From Yuukianura sp. NJ FZ-2021 (taxonomy: Eukaryota), in the NCBI GenBank assembly GCA_046563655.1, contig CM102286.1, forward strand, positions 9,114,001 to 9,178,000: DNA of 64,000 nucleotides. The letters run 5' to 3'. The notes beneath the pieces are model-generated. The model saw only the letters and a program-made list of their open reading frames with translations, searched no databases and had not been told where the DNA came from. Both the position numbers and the translations under genes were made by a program. This document shows, in pieces, positions 24,298 to 36,990 of the stretch (the first letter of the stretch is position 1; each line of letters starts with the position of its first letter).

Positions 24298-27200
24298 ATG
24301 GGTTGTGAACAAAGTAATGTTGGTGGTGTGGGTGTTGTGGTTGAAAATACAGTGACTGAAAATGGAAGGGCCGGAATTAAGGGAATACAACTTGAGTCAC
24401 CTACTACTGGTAAGTTTGACAGTCAGTATTTCTCTTACATTTGTTAGGCTTCCAATAATATGATTTTAGACCCTGGGTTTTTTTAACCTTAACCATAGCG
24501 GAAAAACATAAACGGCAGATGACAGAGGTTCCATTTTATATTTTAATTAAAGCATCTCTGATTGAAAATAGGTATTTTCTGAGGTTTCGAGTGTTTCAAC
24601 CCGAACGCTTAATTGAATTTTGACTATTCTACATAAAAGCACATTCATACTCAATGGAGACCCACATTATAGCTTGGTCAACATTGAATTTGAAAAACTA
24701 GCTGAAAAATGAAAGTTAAAGCTAGCTTACAAAGCTACATGATATTATTATACGAGTTTACGCTCGTAGATAGAAAAACTTTTGTGCAGGAATGTAATAA
24801 ATTTATATTCATAATGCCTAGGTAAATGGAATGCACATAGAACCGTACTTTAACAAATTATTTCGGAATTTTACTTGTGCCTGCATCGGCGTTCTAAGGT
24901 ACAAAAGTACAAGAAACAGCTTTTGTGTTGTCGTTCCTTCAAAGAAATGTCAACTTTCACCTTTCCCTAAATGCGCAGATCCAACAACGTCACATCTCAC
25001 AGTCACTTTTGCTTCCTGTGTAAGGTACGAAAATAATTCAAACCTACTATATTCCCAGCAACAGTGCATTATTGGAACGTAGTGCTATGATTCTAATGAT
25101 TCAAAGTGTTGACAACACCATTTGTTTTCTAATGTAGAATCTTAATAACGATTATAAAACTAAAACTTTAGAAAAGAAATTAAACCAATTGACAACGAGA
25201 ACTTTATTCGCAAATTGCTGTTTAGGAAGGCACATTCGAAACTCTTGGGAAAGTTATGCAGTAAAATTGAAACAACTGACGTTTAAGAACAATAGCAAAG
25301 CGTTGCTCGTTACTTCCTTACTAGTCTTATATGGTGTGAGCTTCAACTACGAATTACTTTTTTTAAAAGTTGGTACTAACGTCGCAACAGCATACGTTTC
25401 CAGCTGTAATCTGTCAACTGGGTAATAATGCCGTAGCACTAAATTACTATGGAAGCCCAGGAATAAGCATCCAAATCAGATGAACTACTAAAGTAGAGCA
25501 AAGTAGCTATACAACATGGTTCCAGGTCAATTCGTAAGCTCAATTTCGTAAGCAGTTAATTTGTAAGCATCCCAATTCGTAAGCAGTCAATTCGTAAGCA
25601 ACCCAATTCGTAAGCAAAAGCAATTCCTAAGCAGCAAATTCGTAAGCACAGCAAATTGGTAAGCACAGCAAATTCGCAAGTAGAAAAATCTAAGAATCCA
25701 TTTTCATATTGCGTTAGGTCAGGTTAGGTAGACAACCAAACCTACAGACGTAATCACTATTTCGTGCTTTACCAGACCTAATGCCGCGCCTTCGGCGCGG
25801 AAACTGCAGCGAAATTTCCTCGTGCAATTTCAGCCTGAAACTTCTTGGTACAATTGAGCAACACTACAACGTTGCCGGCTCGAATTCGTTAGGTCGACAC
25901 CAACCGATAGGGGGACTCGTTGTTTAGAGCTGGTGGGTACAGTTGTCCCCCCCCCCCTCACCAACTGGGGACAAATGTATCCACCAGGTGGATACAATTG
26001 GAACGGGTGGGGACCCAATTTAACTTCAACCCGAAAGGTAAAGCATGAATCATAAAATACGAATCACGAAAATGCAGCGGTTACGAAAACGAATGTTACG
26101 AATTGACTATGCTTACGAATTGACAATGCTTACGAATTGACTACGCTTACGAATTAAATATGTTTACGAATTGGATGCTTACGAATTTGGGTGCTTGGGA
26201 ACTGACACTGCTTACGAATTTTCCGAGTTTATGAATTTGGATGCTTATGAATTGGAACGCTTACGATTACGAATTGACTGCTTACGAAATTGAGCTTACG
26301 AATTGACCTGCTTCGGTACAACATGTGAGTTAATGTCGTTTGGCGGCGTCTGTTCCTTCCGTACCATTTGCAACGCCACCGCCATTCAATGTCTCAAATT
26401 GATTCTGCGAAAGGAAGAAATGTTTCAGAAACTAGCATGGAAGTATATTAGCTTTGTCTTTACTCGGAGTTTGGAAGACGTATAAAAAATAACAAAGAAT
26501 AACAGAATTTGGACGTTCTATTTTTGCAGTGAAAATGAAACTAAACCTTGAAAGTAAACTGTGTGACGCTCTTGAGGTTTCCCTTTCCCGTTCGTAGAAT
26601 GAAAATGATGCTGAAAGTGGCACAAATAGCGACATCTACCGAGCCGCCATGGAAGTAAAATTATGAATGGGGGAAATTACTCTGAAAGAAAGCAAATGAA
26701 GTAGAGTGGAAGATGATTTAGAATGGAAGTGAAAGTGGAATGATTTCCTTTGTTTCCACTTTCTGTCAAGCAATTTTCAACATTGTTTTGTTTTCTAGAC
26801 GCAAGATGAACGTTGAGTCAGAATGAACAAACAACATTGGTCAACCTTCTATAATCTTCTCTCATTTTGAAAAGATAGAAGTGAGCTATGAATGATTTCA
26901 ACTTTTCTGCTCTACAATATTTATGATTCGCCATTTTTTCTTTCCTATTCATCCTCTTTATGTTCTTTTCAATTTTCCAAGTTTCCGCCCGGATTTTTAA
27001 AATCCAAAGCCTGCAGAAAAACGTCTTCTTTCGTTCAAAAAAAGTCGCCGATCCATGACCCTTGACAACTCCGGCACGAACAATGTATGGGTGCTCCATT
27101 TCTTATGAACAAAGAGGAGGAAGTGGCAGTTTGGAGTTGACAAGAAAATGTTCCAGAAACAAATGAAAGTCCACAGAGAGGTTTTTCCTTGAACAATTAA

Positions 27201-30200
27201 GTAATGCGCAGCATATTGTTGTCTGATTTATGTGTTCTTTGTTCCATGTGAACATCGTACGAATTTCAATTTTCGAAGATCAATCTTGTTGATCCTGGCA
27301 GATAGAGATGCCTTCGAATAAAAAAAATGGAAAAAAAGAAGTTAAGAATAGTCAAACACCCCTGTGGTATACAATTGTTCCGCCGAAGAAAAGTTAGAGA
27401 AAGAATACAAATATTCTTCAACTTCAAAGGAAATTATTCTCGATTTTGAATTATAGATTCACACTCGCCTCGCCTCCTTTGGCTAAAAAAAAATCAATGA
27501 TAAATAAACTTCTTGCAAAGACGATGTAAATAAGTATCGTCAGATCAATTATAGAGAATTCCCGCGCCGGATATTGTTGACCTAGACCTCTGATATTGTT
27601 AGAGGTAACTTGAGGTCAAAGAGCATTCGGCATTATATTAATATTAATGCTAATATTATATTAATTAATATTATTAATATTAATATGTATATATTAATTA
27701 ATATTAATATATACAATATTAAAATTAATTAATTTTGAGGCCCAGCTAAAAGAGTACACCCCTTTTTCGTTTCCATAGAAACGAGTTAAAACTTTGTTAA
27801 ACACGAGGGGAAAACTAATTCAAATTTTGAAACTTTAGTTCACCATTATGATGGACGCTTCGGAAATCGCGTTATTTCACTCATTTCCCCTCCATGGTTG
27901 CGAAATCAAACAAATTACTGGTTTTTTGGTGTACTCTTTTAGCTGGGCCTCACTGTATATATATAATATTTATATTAATTAATATATTATTATTATTATT
28001 ATTAATATTAATCCTCGCGGCGTCAAAAATCCATCCCCGAATTGTGGAAAAAAAAGATGACCTTGACCTTTGACCCTGCTAGAGGCCACTCAAGCTCATC
28101 AAAATCGGATCCCCGTATTCCCCTTCCGAGTCTGCCCAGCCGTTTCCGTGATGTAAATGGAGCATGACCTTGACCAATGACACCAATAGAGGTCACTTAA
28201 GGTGAATCCAAAAACTGATTTTTAGTCATCTGGTTTGTAGTTACTCATTAAAAAGCTGCAAGGTCACAAAGTTGTTCAGAACCGTAGGTCAAAGGTCAAG
28301 GTCACCTACAGCAAAGTTGTTCCCCTCAATGAAATGAACAACTTTTGTAGAGGCCATTTGTCCAAATTCCGTCGAAAATGTACTTGACCTTGACCTTTGA
28401 CCCGGAAGTTGGCCACTTCCGGTCAAACAGGAAACAACTTGTTCACCCTTGGACCATGTGCAGTTCATCTGTGAAGACAGATTGAAAATCGGTCCAGCGG
28501 TTCCAGAGATGTTGTGGCTAGTATAGTCGGACGGACAGACGGACGGACAGACGGACGGCCATTACGATCCCTATAAGTATCTGACGATACTTAATAATAG
28601 GGTTTTAATATCCTTTTAAAAGCTTTTTAAATGATTTCCCGGAAGCGGGTTTTAACTAAGTTTTAAAAGCATTTTCTGAGGCAGTTTGTATTTTCATAAA
28701 AGAACCCCCCATTTACCATTACCATTATCTTTTTCTAATTTAAAAACAACTCTTAGCCCTTAGTGGGAAAGTTCCTACGTTAATGGCTGTTATTGGTTAA
28801 GTTGTTTTTGGCTGCAATCAAAATTTGCAAGTTTACTTTCCTGCTCCCCAAGAAAGTCGTCACTACTTTGCAATTTTAGGAAGTACTATATTGTGGATGA
28901 CATGCCACGGATTTTTAGGCACATTTACAACCCGGTGCTAATATTAAGTTTACATTTTTATCTTTTCGGTAAGTTTCCAAGAGTTCGAAGATGAATTCTT
29001 TTTGTTTGGAATTCTTTTCGGACTATTCTCCAGTGTTTTGTGTCTAGAATTTATTGCATTTCTTTTCGAATTGTAAACTTTTGTACCTGGTGCTCGCTCT
29101 TTGGTCTATCTATAGTAACTATATAGTAGACATCAACACTGCAACTTACAATTTGTGAGTTACAAAAAGCGACGTGCTGAAACCAAATCCCTGCTGAGTC
29201 AGGTAAAGGCGTTATTTACCCAGAGAGAAATGGCTGACAAAAGTTCCTGTTGCCATTTTCCCACCATTTCCCGTGAAGAAGCGTCCTTTCCGTTTTAAAA
29301 GTTCAGAGCCATTCCTTTTCAGCTCCTTTCAACTATTTAGTTCCTGCGCTCAACTTCCTTCTATCTGTTGTCTCCAAGCTCCCATTTGACTCTTCAAAAA
29401 TGTAGCAGTATGCAGAGACTTGGCTCTGAGAGGGGTTTGTGGGATGCGGGAAGAAAGTTTTGTAAGTTGGTTGGTTCATGGATGAGGCCTGTCAGTCCTC
29501 TTAGGTTAGGTTACGCTACATTGCCGCTGTGCCCGTGGCAGTCCATCCCAAGACGGAAGTTGGCGGGAAGAAAGTGATATCGATCAGTTGAGGTTCATCT
29601 TCCTTTCGTCTTCGCAGTCCCAGTTATTAGGCTGGAGAGGACGGATGGAAGAAAGAAAGTTCCTTGTCCAAACGAAGAAGAAAGTCCCACAGTCGAGATG
29701 CTGTGGGAATTGCTTTCTGCTGAAATTACTTTCTCTTCACTATCTTATAAATGAATGATGATAGAAGGAAAATAGTAGTGCAAGGGACGCTTCACTTCTC
29801 CTCTTCAAAGAAGAACCGAAAGTTTTGGTCCTATTAATAAGTTCAATCATCCTCAAGCATTTCCAAGAACTTTGTCCGTTTTCGAAAATTGTTCGTAACT
29901 TTTTTTTGAAAAGTAATCTAAGTTTGACTTAAAAAGAAACTATAAACCGCATAAGTTTTATTCAAGAATTGGAAATATGCGTAGGCGCTCAACTTGAACT
30001 GCATTGACAGTGACACATCGCCTGTCAAAATCCTGCCCTGAGATGAATAATTAGGCGGTACTTCAGCCAATCTGTAGCGAAAATAGAATCTCGTCAGTTC
30101 CATTTTGATTTTGCAATTTTGGTTTTTCAAAATCTTGGAATTTGTGATTCGTCGGGAGAGACGCACTCTCACGGCTTGCAACATTTCAACATTTGTAAGT

Positions 30201-33200
30201 AAAAAAAAAACAACGAGCCCTCCTTGCAGATATTGCACATTCCAAGACGTACAACGTAAGGTGGACTTAGTATAGTAAAAAAAAACTTATGAAATGCTGC
30301 AGAAGCGCTAGTCTTTTAAAGTTGAGGGATAGGCGGTGGCGAAAGTAAAGTTTTCCGCAGAAACTTATTTTTCCCTTTAAAGTTTAATTGGCTAAAAGCT
30401 ACCAAAGTATTTTCAGCCGTGAGAAATTTTATTCCTTGTGCGAACTCAAAAATCTGTTCTATACTTTGGTTGGTAGTGTGGTAAGGTCCACTATGCTACC
30501 GACAGGAGGACGCAACGACGGTAGAAAGTAAAAAAATATATATAGCAGCGTACCTCCAAGGATTTTGAAACCTTCTTATTTAGCCAAGGGATCACACGTT
30601 TTCCTTGCAAAATTGTTGGAAATGTTCAAACTGGAATTCAACGGAGCAAAATCCAGAAGATGTCCTCTAGGGAAATAGAAACCTGAAAAAGAAAAGACTT
30701 CCCTGCGCCCACTCCGCTTTCCCTGGCTTTCACTGGTGAATCGGCAATATACGTACCCGTAGAGTACTCTCAGGACTTCTCTTGTAAAACTCCAGGTTAG
30801 TTGAGCTGCAAAAGCTAGAATCTAGACCATTCTCGAGCCATCAGGCAGTCGGTGTAGAGTTTAAGTAAAAACTGGTCTCCCAATTTTACACCTTTTGCCA
30901 AGTAGCATTGACAATCCAAGGGCCAACACCACAAATTATCTACGTCTGCCCGGTGAGACAAAGTTCGTGTCGAATTTACCAATAACATAAGTCAGTGGAA
31001 GCCCACAAGTCACTCTACTTCTCCAATTTATTTCATGACGAGGCTCTTTGGCAACAAAACGACTTTCACCTGCTGAGTATTCTCAACGGTAACGATTCAA
31101 TTCTTTACAATCTTAATATTTTTACGCAGTTCTACGCAAATGCTTATTTGTCATACTTTTACAAATCAATGCGCAAAACAAATTCGAAGAGTAACGACGA
31201 CGACGACACTGCAAGTGAACTAAATTAATCTTTTCAGGAAATTTCAAAAGAATCTCACCTAAACCAAAAGGACGCCTTATGTTAACCTTACTTGTTCCAA
31301 GATTTTTTTAAGTGTTCCGATTTTTAACTGGAATGTTGTCAATTTTGTTTTCAAAAGTTTTGCAACGATTGCCAAGAATTTCAGTTCAGGTTAAACTCAC
31401 CAAAATGAAAATTGAAAATCCAAAAACTTTAATTAAAGCTTCCGTCACTATCCGGACAATTATTTTCACAATCTTGTTTTGGGTTCAAACAGACAAAACT
31501 TCTAACGAAATTTCTTTGGTTTGAGTTGAGTAATCTTTTGAAATTAATAGTAATTATGGTTAATGGGAAAAACAAAAGAGAAAAAAGTCATCTTGGTCTC
31601 GGAGGTACTTCAGGATGATACTCGACGGCAAGTTTAGAAAATCCTGTGAAATGTACATGAACATTAAGACGGGGATGCTAAAATACCTCAAGGCTATTGA
31701 AGTTTTACTGTTGGAAGCTAAAGCTTTGTTTCATCGAGGATATTAGAATTTGGCACCGAGCTGTATATATACTTTAAGTCTCACAATTAAATATTTCTTC
31801 GGTAAAGCTTAGAGAAAACTTTATCTTGACACTTACTACGAAATGGCGGTTTCGAGCCAGTGATCTTATGCGAAGTTGATTTTTTTTTTAGTAAAATTCA
31901 AAATTTGGGAACGGCGCGTGAGATATTTTGTGGTTTGGTTAACTTTTCTGGTTCCATGTAATTGCTCCGAGTGAATTGCTTGCTACAAAGCGCATTACTT
32001 CGAATTCGAATGAATTGCCACGAAACGAATTACAGCGAAAAGTAGATTGCTCCGAAAGTCACATTGCGCCGAAAATCCATTGCGCACTTACTAAGCGTAC
32101 TTACTAGCCTAACCTTGTGACATACCTCAAACAAGTCTCATCTCATGATTGTTAGCCTGAAGAAACTTAACCCTATCTGTTATAACCCGGTGAATGAAAT
32201 TGGGTAGAGCCTGTGTACAGTGTTATGTTGAAAGTTCTACCCCCAAACTTGATGCATTTCTGTGTCTACTGGAGTAGACATTCCATGAAAAAAAGAGAAA
32301 AAAAACACTTCACCTGAGACTCGAACTCACTGCCTAGTCCTTTGTAACTTTATCAATTGACCACACTATCCATTTCACCACACACTTGTTTTTAGTTAAC
32401 TGATGTGAAACTCGATCTATTTCTTAACATATGTAGCATTATGTTATAGAATGTAGCGAGTCCTTTTCTAAAATCGTTCAATCGGTAGTAGTATTGAGCA
32501 GTACTTCTGTTTCTTGTGCGTTTTTGTTCATTTCCAGCATAAATGAAGCAAGACTTTTCTTTAAATTTTGCTTTTCGAGATGGTATTGCTTAGTGCCAGG
32601 CTCAGATCCATAAGCATCTTCCAAAAATATTTGTGCTGCCGGATGTTGCTTTCACTGTGAGCAAGAATTCCTTTTTCAGCATAACTCCATTTCCAATATC
32701 CGTCTCGTCATTGCGATTTTGCTTAGATTTTACCTAACCTAAACTCTCGGGAACGTTTCATTTTTGGGTAATTCTAAAATTAGATTCCTTACAACCCCCA
32801 AAAAGAATCGTTACAAAGTGTAGGAATTATAACCAAAACAGTACTGTGTTATAGATCATGTTATGTAAAGGGAAACAAATACACTGTGGAAAAAATAGGT
32901 GAACCAAAGCATTGCGATTTTGTTGTAGAGGTTAACGGAGACATCTTCATTATTAAGGATCTTTTTATAGTTAATTCACTACTCGTAGCATTTGTCAGTA
33001 AAATGAATGTTGTTAATTTCAACACATCATGTTTAATTACAAAAAGTACACGACACCAATTGTGTCGAGATTTTTAGACACAACTCAAGTGGGTTAGGTT
33101 AACCTAACCAACTAATGTTTTAACTTATTAATTAATTGAATATTTAATTTTATTTTTTAATTCTTTAATTTTCTTGAAGGAATGCGCTTCAGAGCAATTC

Positions 33201-36200
33201 ATTCGTAGCAATGGCATGCTTATCCCACTTTTGTTATGTGAATAGATTTAAAGCACTCAGGTTTTATGGTAGCATTGTTAGGCCAATGCCAAACACCAAT
33301 CTAGAAGTTTCTTGCGCAAAACTTTGTCTGGATTTCTAGAATTTTTTGTTGCTCAACATCGGCATACCTTTTCATGGCTTTCGGTATGAAAAGAAGAACA
33401 ATAACGGAAATAAAAAATCCAATCTCCGTGGAAATGGCTGACTATATATTTCTTATTTTCACGTTTTTCAAAAAATTCTTTTTTTAAACAAAAAGCTAAA
33501 GAGTTTTTTGTCTTAAGACTTGCGACACGCAAGTCTTGTTGTTGGCTAGCAACGCTCGGTAAGCCGCAACTCTGAAAATGGTGTGCAATTAAATTTTTAA
33601 ATTCTAGCAGAACCGTGGTTTGCCTACGAAACACGAAAACCAAATTGTGAAATATAAGTTGTAACGTTTATTAGGTAGTAGATTTTAGTAAGGTCTACAG
33701 AACTGATGTTAATAGTACGGATGTTGTGAGCCGGAAATAATTATGGGTGGTAGCTGATACGAAATAAATCAGAGATGTTCCATTAGTTTAAGTTCTTAAA
33801 ACATCCAACTTTAATCAAACTTTGAATTATTTAGACCTTAGTGAACTGAATCTTGAGGATCCGGATCTTCAGGAAGCGGCAACCAAAATCCAAGCGAGTT
33901 TTCGAGGGCATAAAACGCGAAAAAACTTGCAAATGGCACAACCTGAGGAAGTTGTGGATATTGATCTGGAGGACCCAGGCAAGTAATTACGAACTTTCCT
34001 CCCAATTCCCTTCCCACAAACCCCAAAGTTCAACTTCGGTAGCCAGACATAATGAAAAATAGAAGTGTGGCGGGTGAAAACTAATTTGTGCTCAAATCTT
34101 TTGTGTTATTAATAGAATTTCAACTTTGAGGAAAGCATGTTTTGTTTTGATTTTTCCTTTTCAAACAATTTCAGAATTTGAAAAGAATAAATTAAACACT
34201 ATCACGATTTTTTCAAAACAGTTTCTGTTAAGCCTAGAGTTTTGTATTCTCTCACGATAAGACTTCTTCTTTTCACGTTCTCCTGAAAACTCGCTTGAGC
34301 GATTTTTCATAAGAGCGTATTTCAAAAATAATTTGGATCGATCCAGAAGAACTGGCAGAGAAATAATAGAACGCGGAAGACATTTTTGCGCAACCAAAAA
34401 AAGATTCATCACGGTAGTGTTATCGGATAAATAGAAAAATAGGCGCTGCGCGAAAATTGAAGTCGCAGACAAAGATGGACGAGGAAAAAATAGTTCGTAT
34501 AAGGTCTGCACCAGCAGAGCTTTTGTTGCATGTCTTCGACTTCGTCAGATTAAGTCCCTGAATTTTGGTGTCATGTTGTGTGTAATCTTTTGCAGACGTT
34601 GCATTGGCAGCTACTCGAATCCAAGCTTCGTTCAGAGGGCATCAAGCGAAGAGGGCTGCTGAAAAGGCAGAGAAAGCAGAGGCAGAGCTTAGTAAAAAAT
34701 TGGAAACTCTCAACACCAAGGCAGAGGTGAGCCATTTCTCCGTTTGCTATTTCCAAATCTCCTATTTTATTTTACCAACAATTTCTCCAGGGATTTCACA
34801 ACCCTATTTTTTTCGGCGTCCGCCCCTTTCCAATTTTCTGCACATGCAAAAGTGTTCTACTTTCTCAAATGCTCCAAAACTTCCAACTTTGTTTGCCATC
34901 ACTTGTGAAATTTTGAAAATAGGAGTCAAACCTGCCTCGTTGAAGTTTTTTAAACCAGCATACAATGATTATATTAAATAAATTTTTGAAAGTACAGTGA
35001 GGCCCAGCTAAAAGAGTACACCCAAAAATCAGTAATTTGTTTGATTTCACAACTATGGAGGGCAAACGAGTGAAATAACGCAATTTTCGAATTAAGTCCG
35101 TCATATTGGAAACTGAAGTTTCAAAATTTGAGTTAGTTTTCTCCTCGTGTTTAACGGAGTTTTAACTCGTTTCTATGGAAACAAAATAGAGGTGTACTCT
35201 TTTAGCTGGGCCTCACTGTATACTGTTACTGAAGCTAATTTCAAAATTTTATTACAACAATAGGATTCGCTACAGTTGTACAGTCCTTGGAAACTTTTTA
35301 ACGATTTTTGAAAAATGTCAAAGATCATGTTCGCCACTACCTAGACATTTTTTATTCTGCACAGCACGACTTTGGAAATCAAAAAACGCTAGTTTGTGGT
35401 TGAAGATGAATTTGCGTGATAAAGTTTTGTGTAGTTTAACAAACTTGTTTCATGTTTTATTTGGTTGTAGAAAGTACTAAAAGGTAGGAAATGAAAGTGT
35501 GGTTCAAAGCCTATGCAGTAAGTATTTGTGAAATGTGTAAAATAATTAAATAAGTTGTGTTACATGTATTTTTTGATCGTTTCCAAATTTTGGGAGAATG
35601 AAATACCTTTTGAAAGAAAAATTTTGGCGAAAAAAATTTGACCCTAACGCAACCCGTTGCTGAGTTGTGAGAGGTCAAGGTCGCCATTTTGGAAATGTTC
35701 ACCCGCGTGTATCTCCGGAGTTTCTTAACCGATTGAGGTCATCTTGGTGTCAAATGAAAGCCCTTAACATGCTCCAGATGTGGTTTTTTTCAAAAATTTG
35801 GTCAAGGGCCCATGGACCCTTATTTTTTTTAAATCAAGGAACCTTGGGGTTTCCAACTTAGAATTTTAATCTTTTCGGTACGATAACGTGAAAATAGCGA
35901 AACTCGACAAAACGGACCCTTAAGGGCCTCTTTATGATATTAAGGGCCCCCCTGAAATTTTTTCCTATATGCTCCCAAACAACGTTTAAACAAGTTGTAG
36001 TGACGCTGAACCCATTTAATGCCAGTTTTTGTTTAAGGGCACCCTAAGGGACCCACCTTTAGGGTACCCTTAAACAAAAAACTAGCATTAAATGGTTGCT
36101 GCGTCACTACAACTTGTTTAAACGTTGTTTGGGAGCATATAGGAAAAAATTTCAGGGGGGCCCTTAATATCATAAAGAGGCCCTTAAGGGTCCGTTTTGT

Positions 36201-36990
36201 CGAGTTTCGCTATTTTCACGTTATCGTACCGAAAAGATTAAAATTCTAAGTTGGAAACCCCAAGGTTCCTTGATTTAAAAAAAATAAGGGTCCATGGGCC
36301 CTTGACCACATTTTTGAAAAAAACCACATCTGGAGCATGTTAAGGGCTTTCATTTGACACCAAGATGACCTCAATCGGTTAAGAAACTCCGGAGATACAC
36401 GCGGGTGAACATTTCCAAAATGGCGACCTTGACCTCTCACAACTCAGCAACGGGTTGCGTTAGGGTCAAATTTTTTTCGCCAAAATTTTTCTTTCAAAAG
36501 GTATTTCATTCCCCCAAAATTTGGAAACGATCAAAAAATACATGTAACACAACTTATTTAATTATTTTACACATTTCACAAATACTTACTGTATGTATTT
36601 ATTTGAAAACCTAATCCATTTTATTTCGAAAACTCATGGAAATAGAAAAGTTGTCAGTTGTCAGTTCTTTTTGCTTTTGTGTCAAAACTTTATGAGAGAG
36701 GCACTTGAAAAACCAAATTTCAGTGTTTTGTTGTTGAAGGCAGTAGACACTGTCACTTAAATAGAATTGTGGTAAAAGTCAAAGGTTATTTGAATAAATT
36801 TTGTAAATACAACGCAGAGCGACGCGCCAAAAGAATAATTTTTTTCGTACATCTTTTATAGGAAGCAGAGGAAATGCCTGACCTGACTGACCCTGAACTA
36901 AATAAAGCAGCAACTAAAATCCAAGCTCAATTTCGAGGTCACATGGTACGGAAAACTGACGAGAAGGAAAAGCCTACGGAATCCAAGTGA
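24298..36990 (+). CDS. igl: igloo/GAP-43(neuromodulin)-like calmodulin-binding protein with three IQ motifs, ~171 aa; exons 24298-24409, 33835-33978, 34596-34726, 36862-36990
   Basis: AATKIQASFRGH, AATRIQASFRGH and AATKIQAQFRGH, each preceded by an acidic L.DP segment. N-terminal MGC exon ends G/GTAAGT in the matching phase. 516 nt in frame. Linking exon 1 across 9.4 kb is inferred. Confidence 0.8.
25518..26316. mobile_element. Non-autonomous fold-back (Mutator/Phantom-like) element with inverted subterminal tandem motifs
   Basis: CAGGTCAATTCGTAAGC ... GCTTACGAATTGACCTG; AATTCGTAAGC arrays; TACAACAT(G) duplicated at 25510 and 26317 (8-9 bp). Confidence 0.8.
27505..28597 (-). mobile_element. 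HINE/DINE-1-like element, family B
   Basis: Subterminal IR TAAGTATCGTCAGAT (27531) / ATCTGACGATACTTA (~28580-28594), self-complementary 5' end, (GGAC/AGAC)n microsatellite at ~28528-28558. Confidence 0.7.
27736..27956. mobile_element. Tc1/mariner-type MITE, copy 1 (left terminus clipped), nested in HINE B
   Basis: TGAGGCCCAGCTAAAAGAGTACACC ... GGTGTACTCTTTTAGCTGGGCCTCACTG-TA; homologous to 34995-35218 in opposite orientation. Confidence 0.8.
31950..33225. mobile_element. Degenerate fold-back-like element
   Basis: Starts GGTTCC like the 25518 element; AATTGCTCCGAA-type motifs on the left and GAGCAATT/TAGCAAT on the right; imperfect flanks AACTTTTCT/CACTTTTGT. Confidence 0.4.
34995..35218. 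mobile_element. Tc1/mariner-type MITE, copy 2
   Basis: TA-CAGTGAGGCCCAGCTAAAAGAGTACACC ... GGTGTACTCTTTTAGCTGGGCCTCACTG-TA. Confidence 0.88.
35516..36591. mobile_element. 1.08-kb near-perfect palindromic non-autonomous element (Academ-like: CAG terminus, 4-bp TSD)
   Basis: TATG-CAGTAAGTATTTGTG ... CACAAATACTTACTG-TATG; ~530-bp arms meeting near 36053. Confidence 0.85.

Noticed and set aside
35511..36614. Mirror-image ORF pairs
   Set aside because: By-product of the 1.1-kb palindrome.
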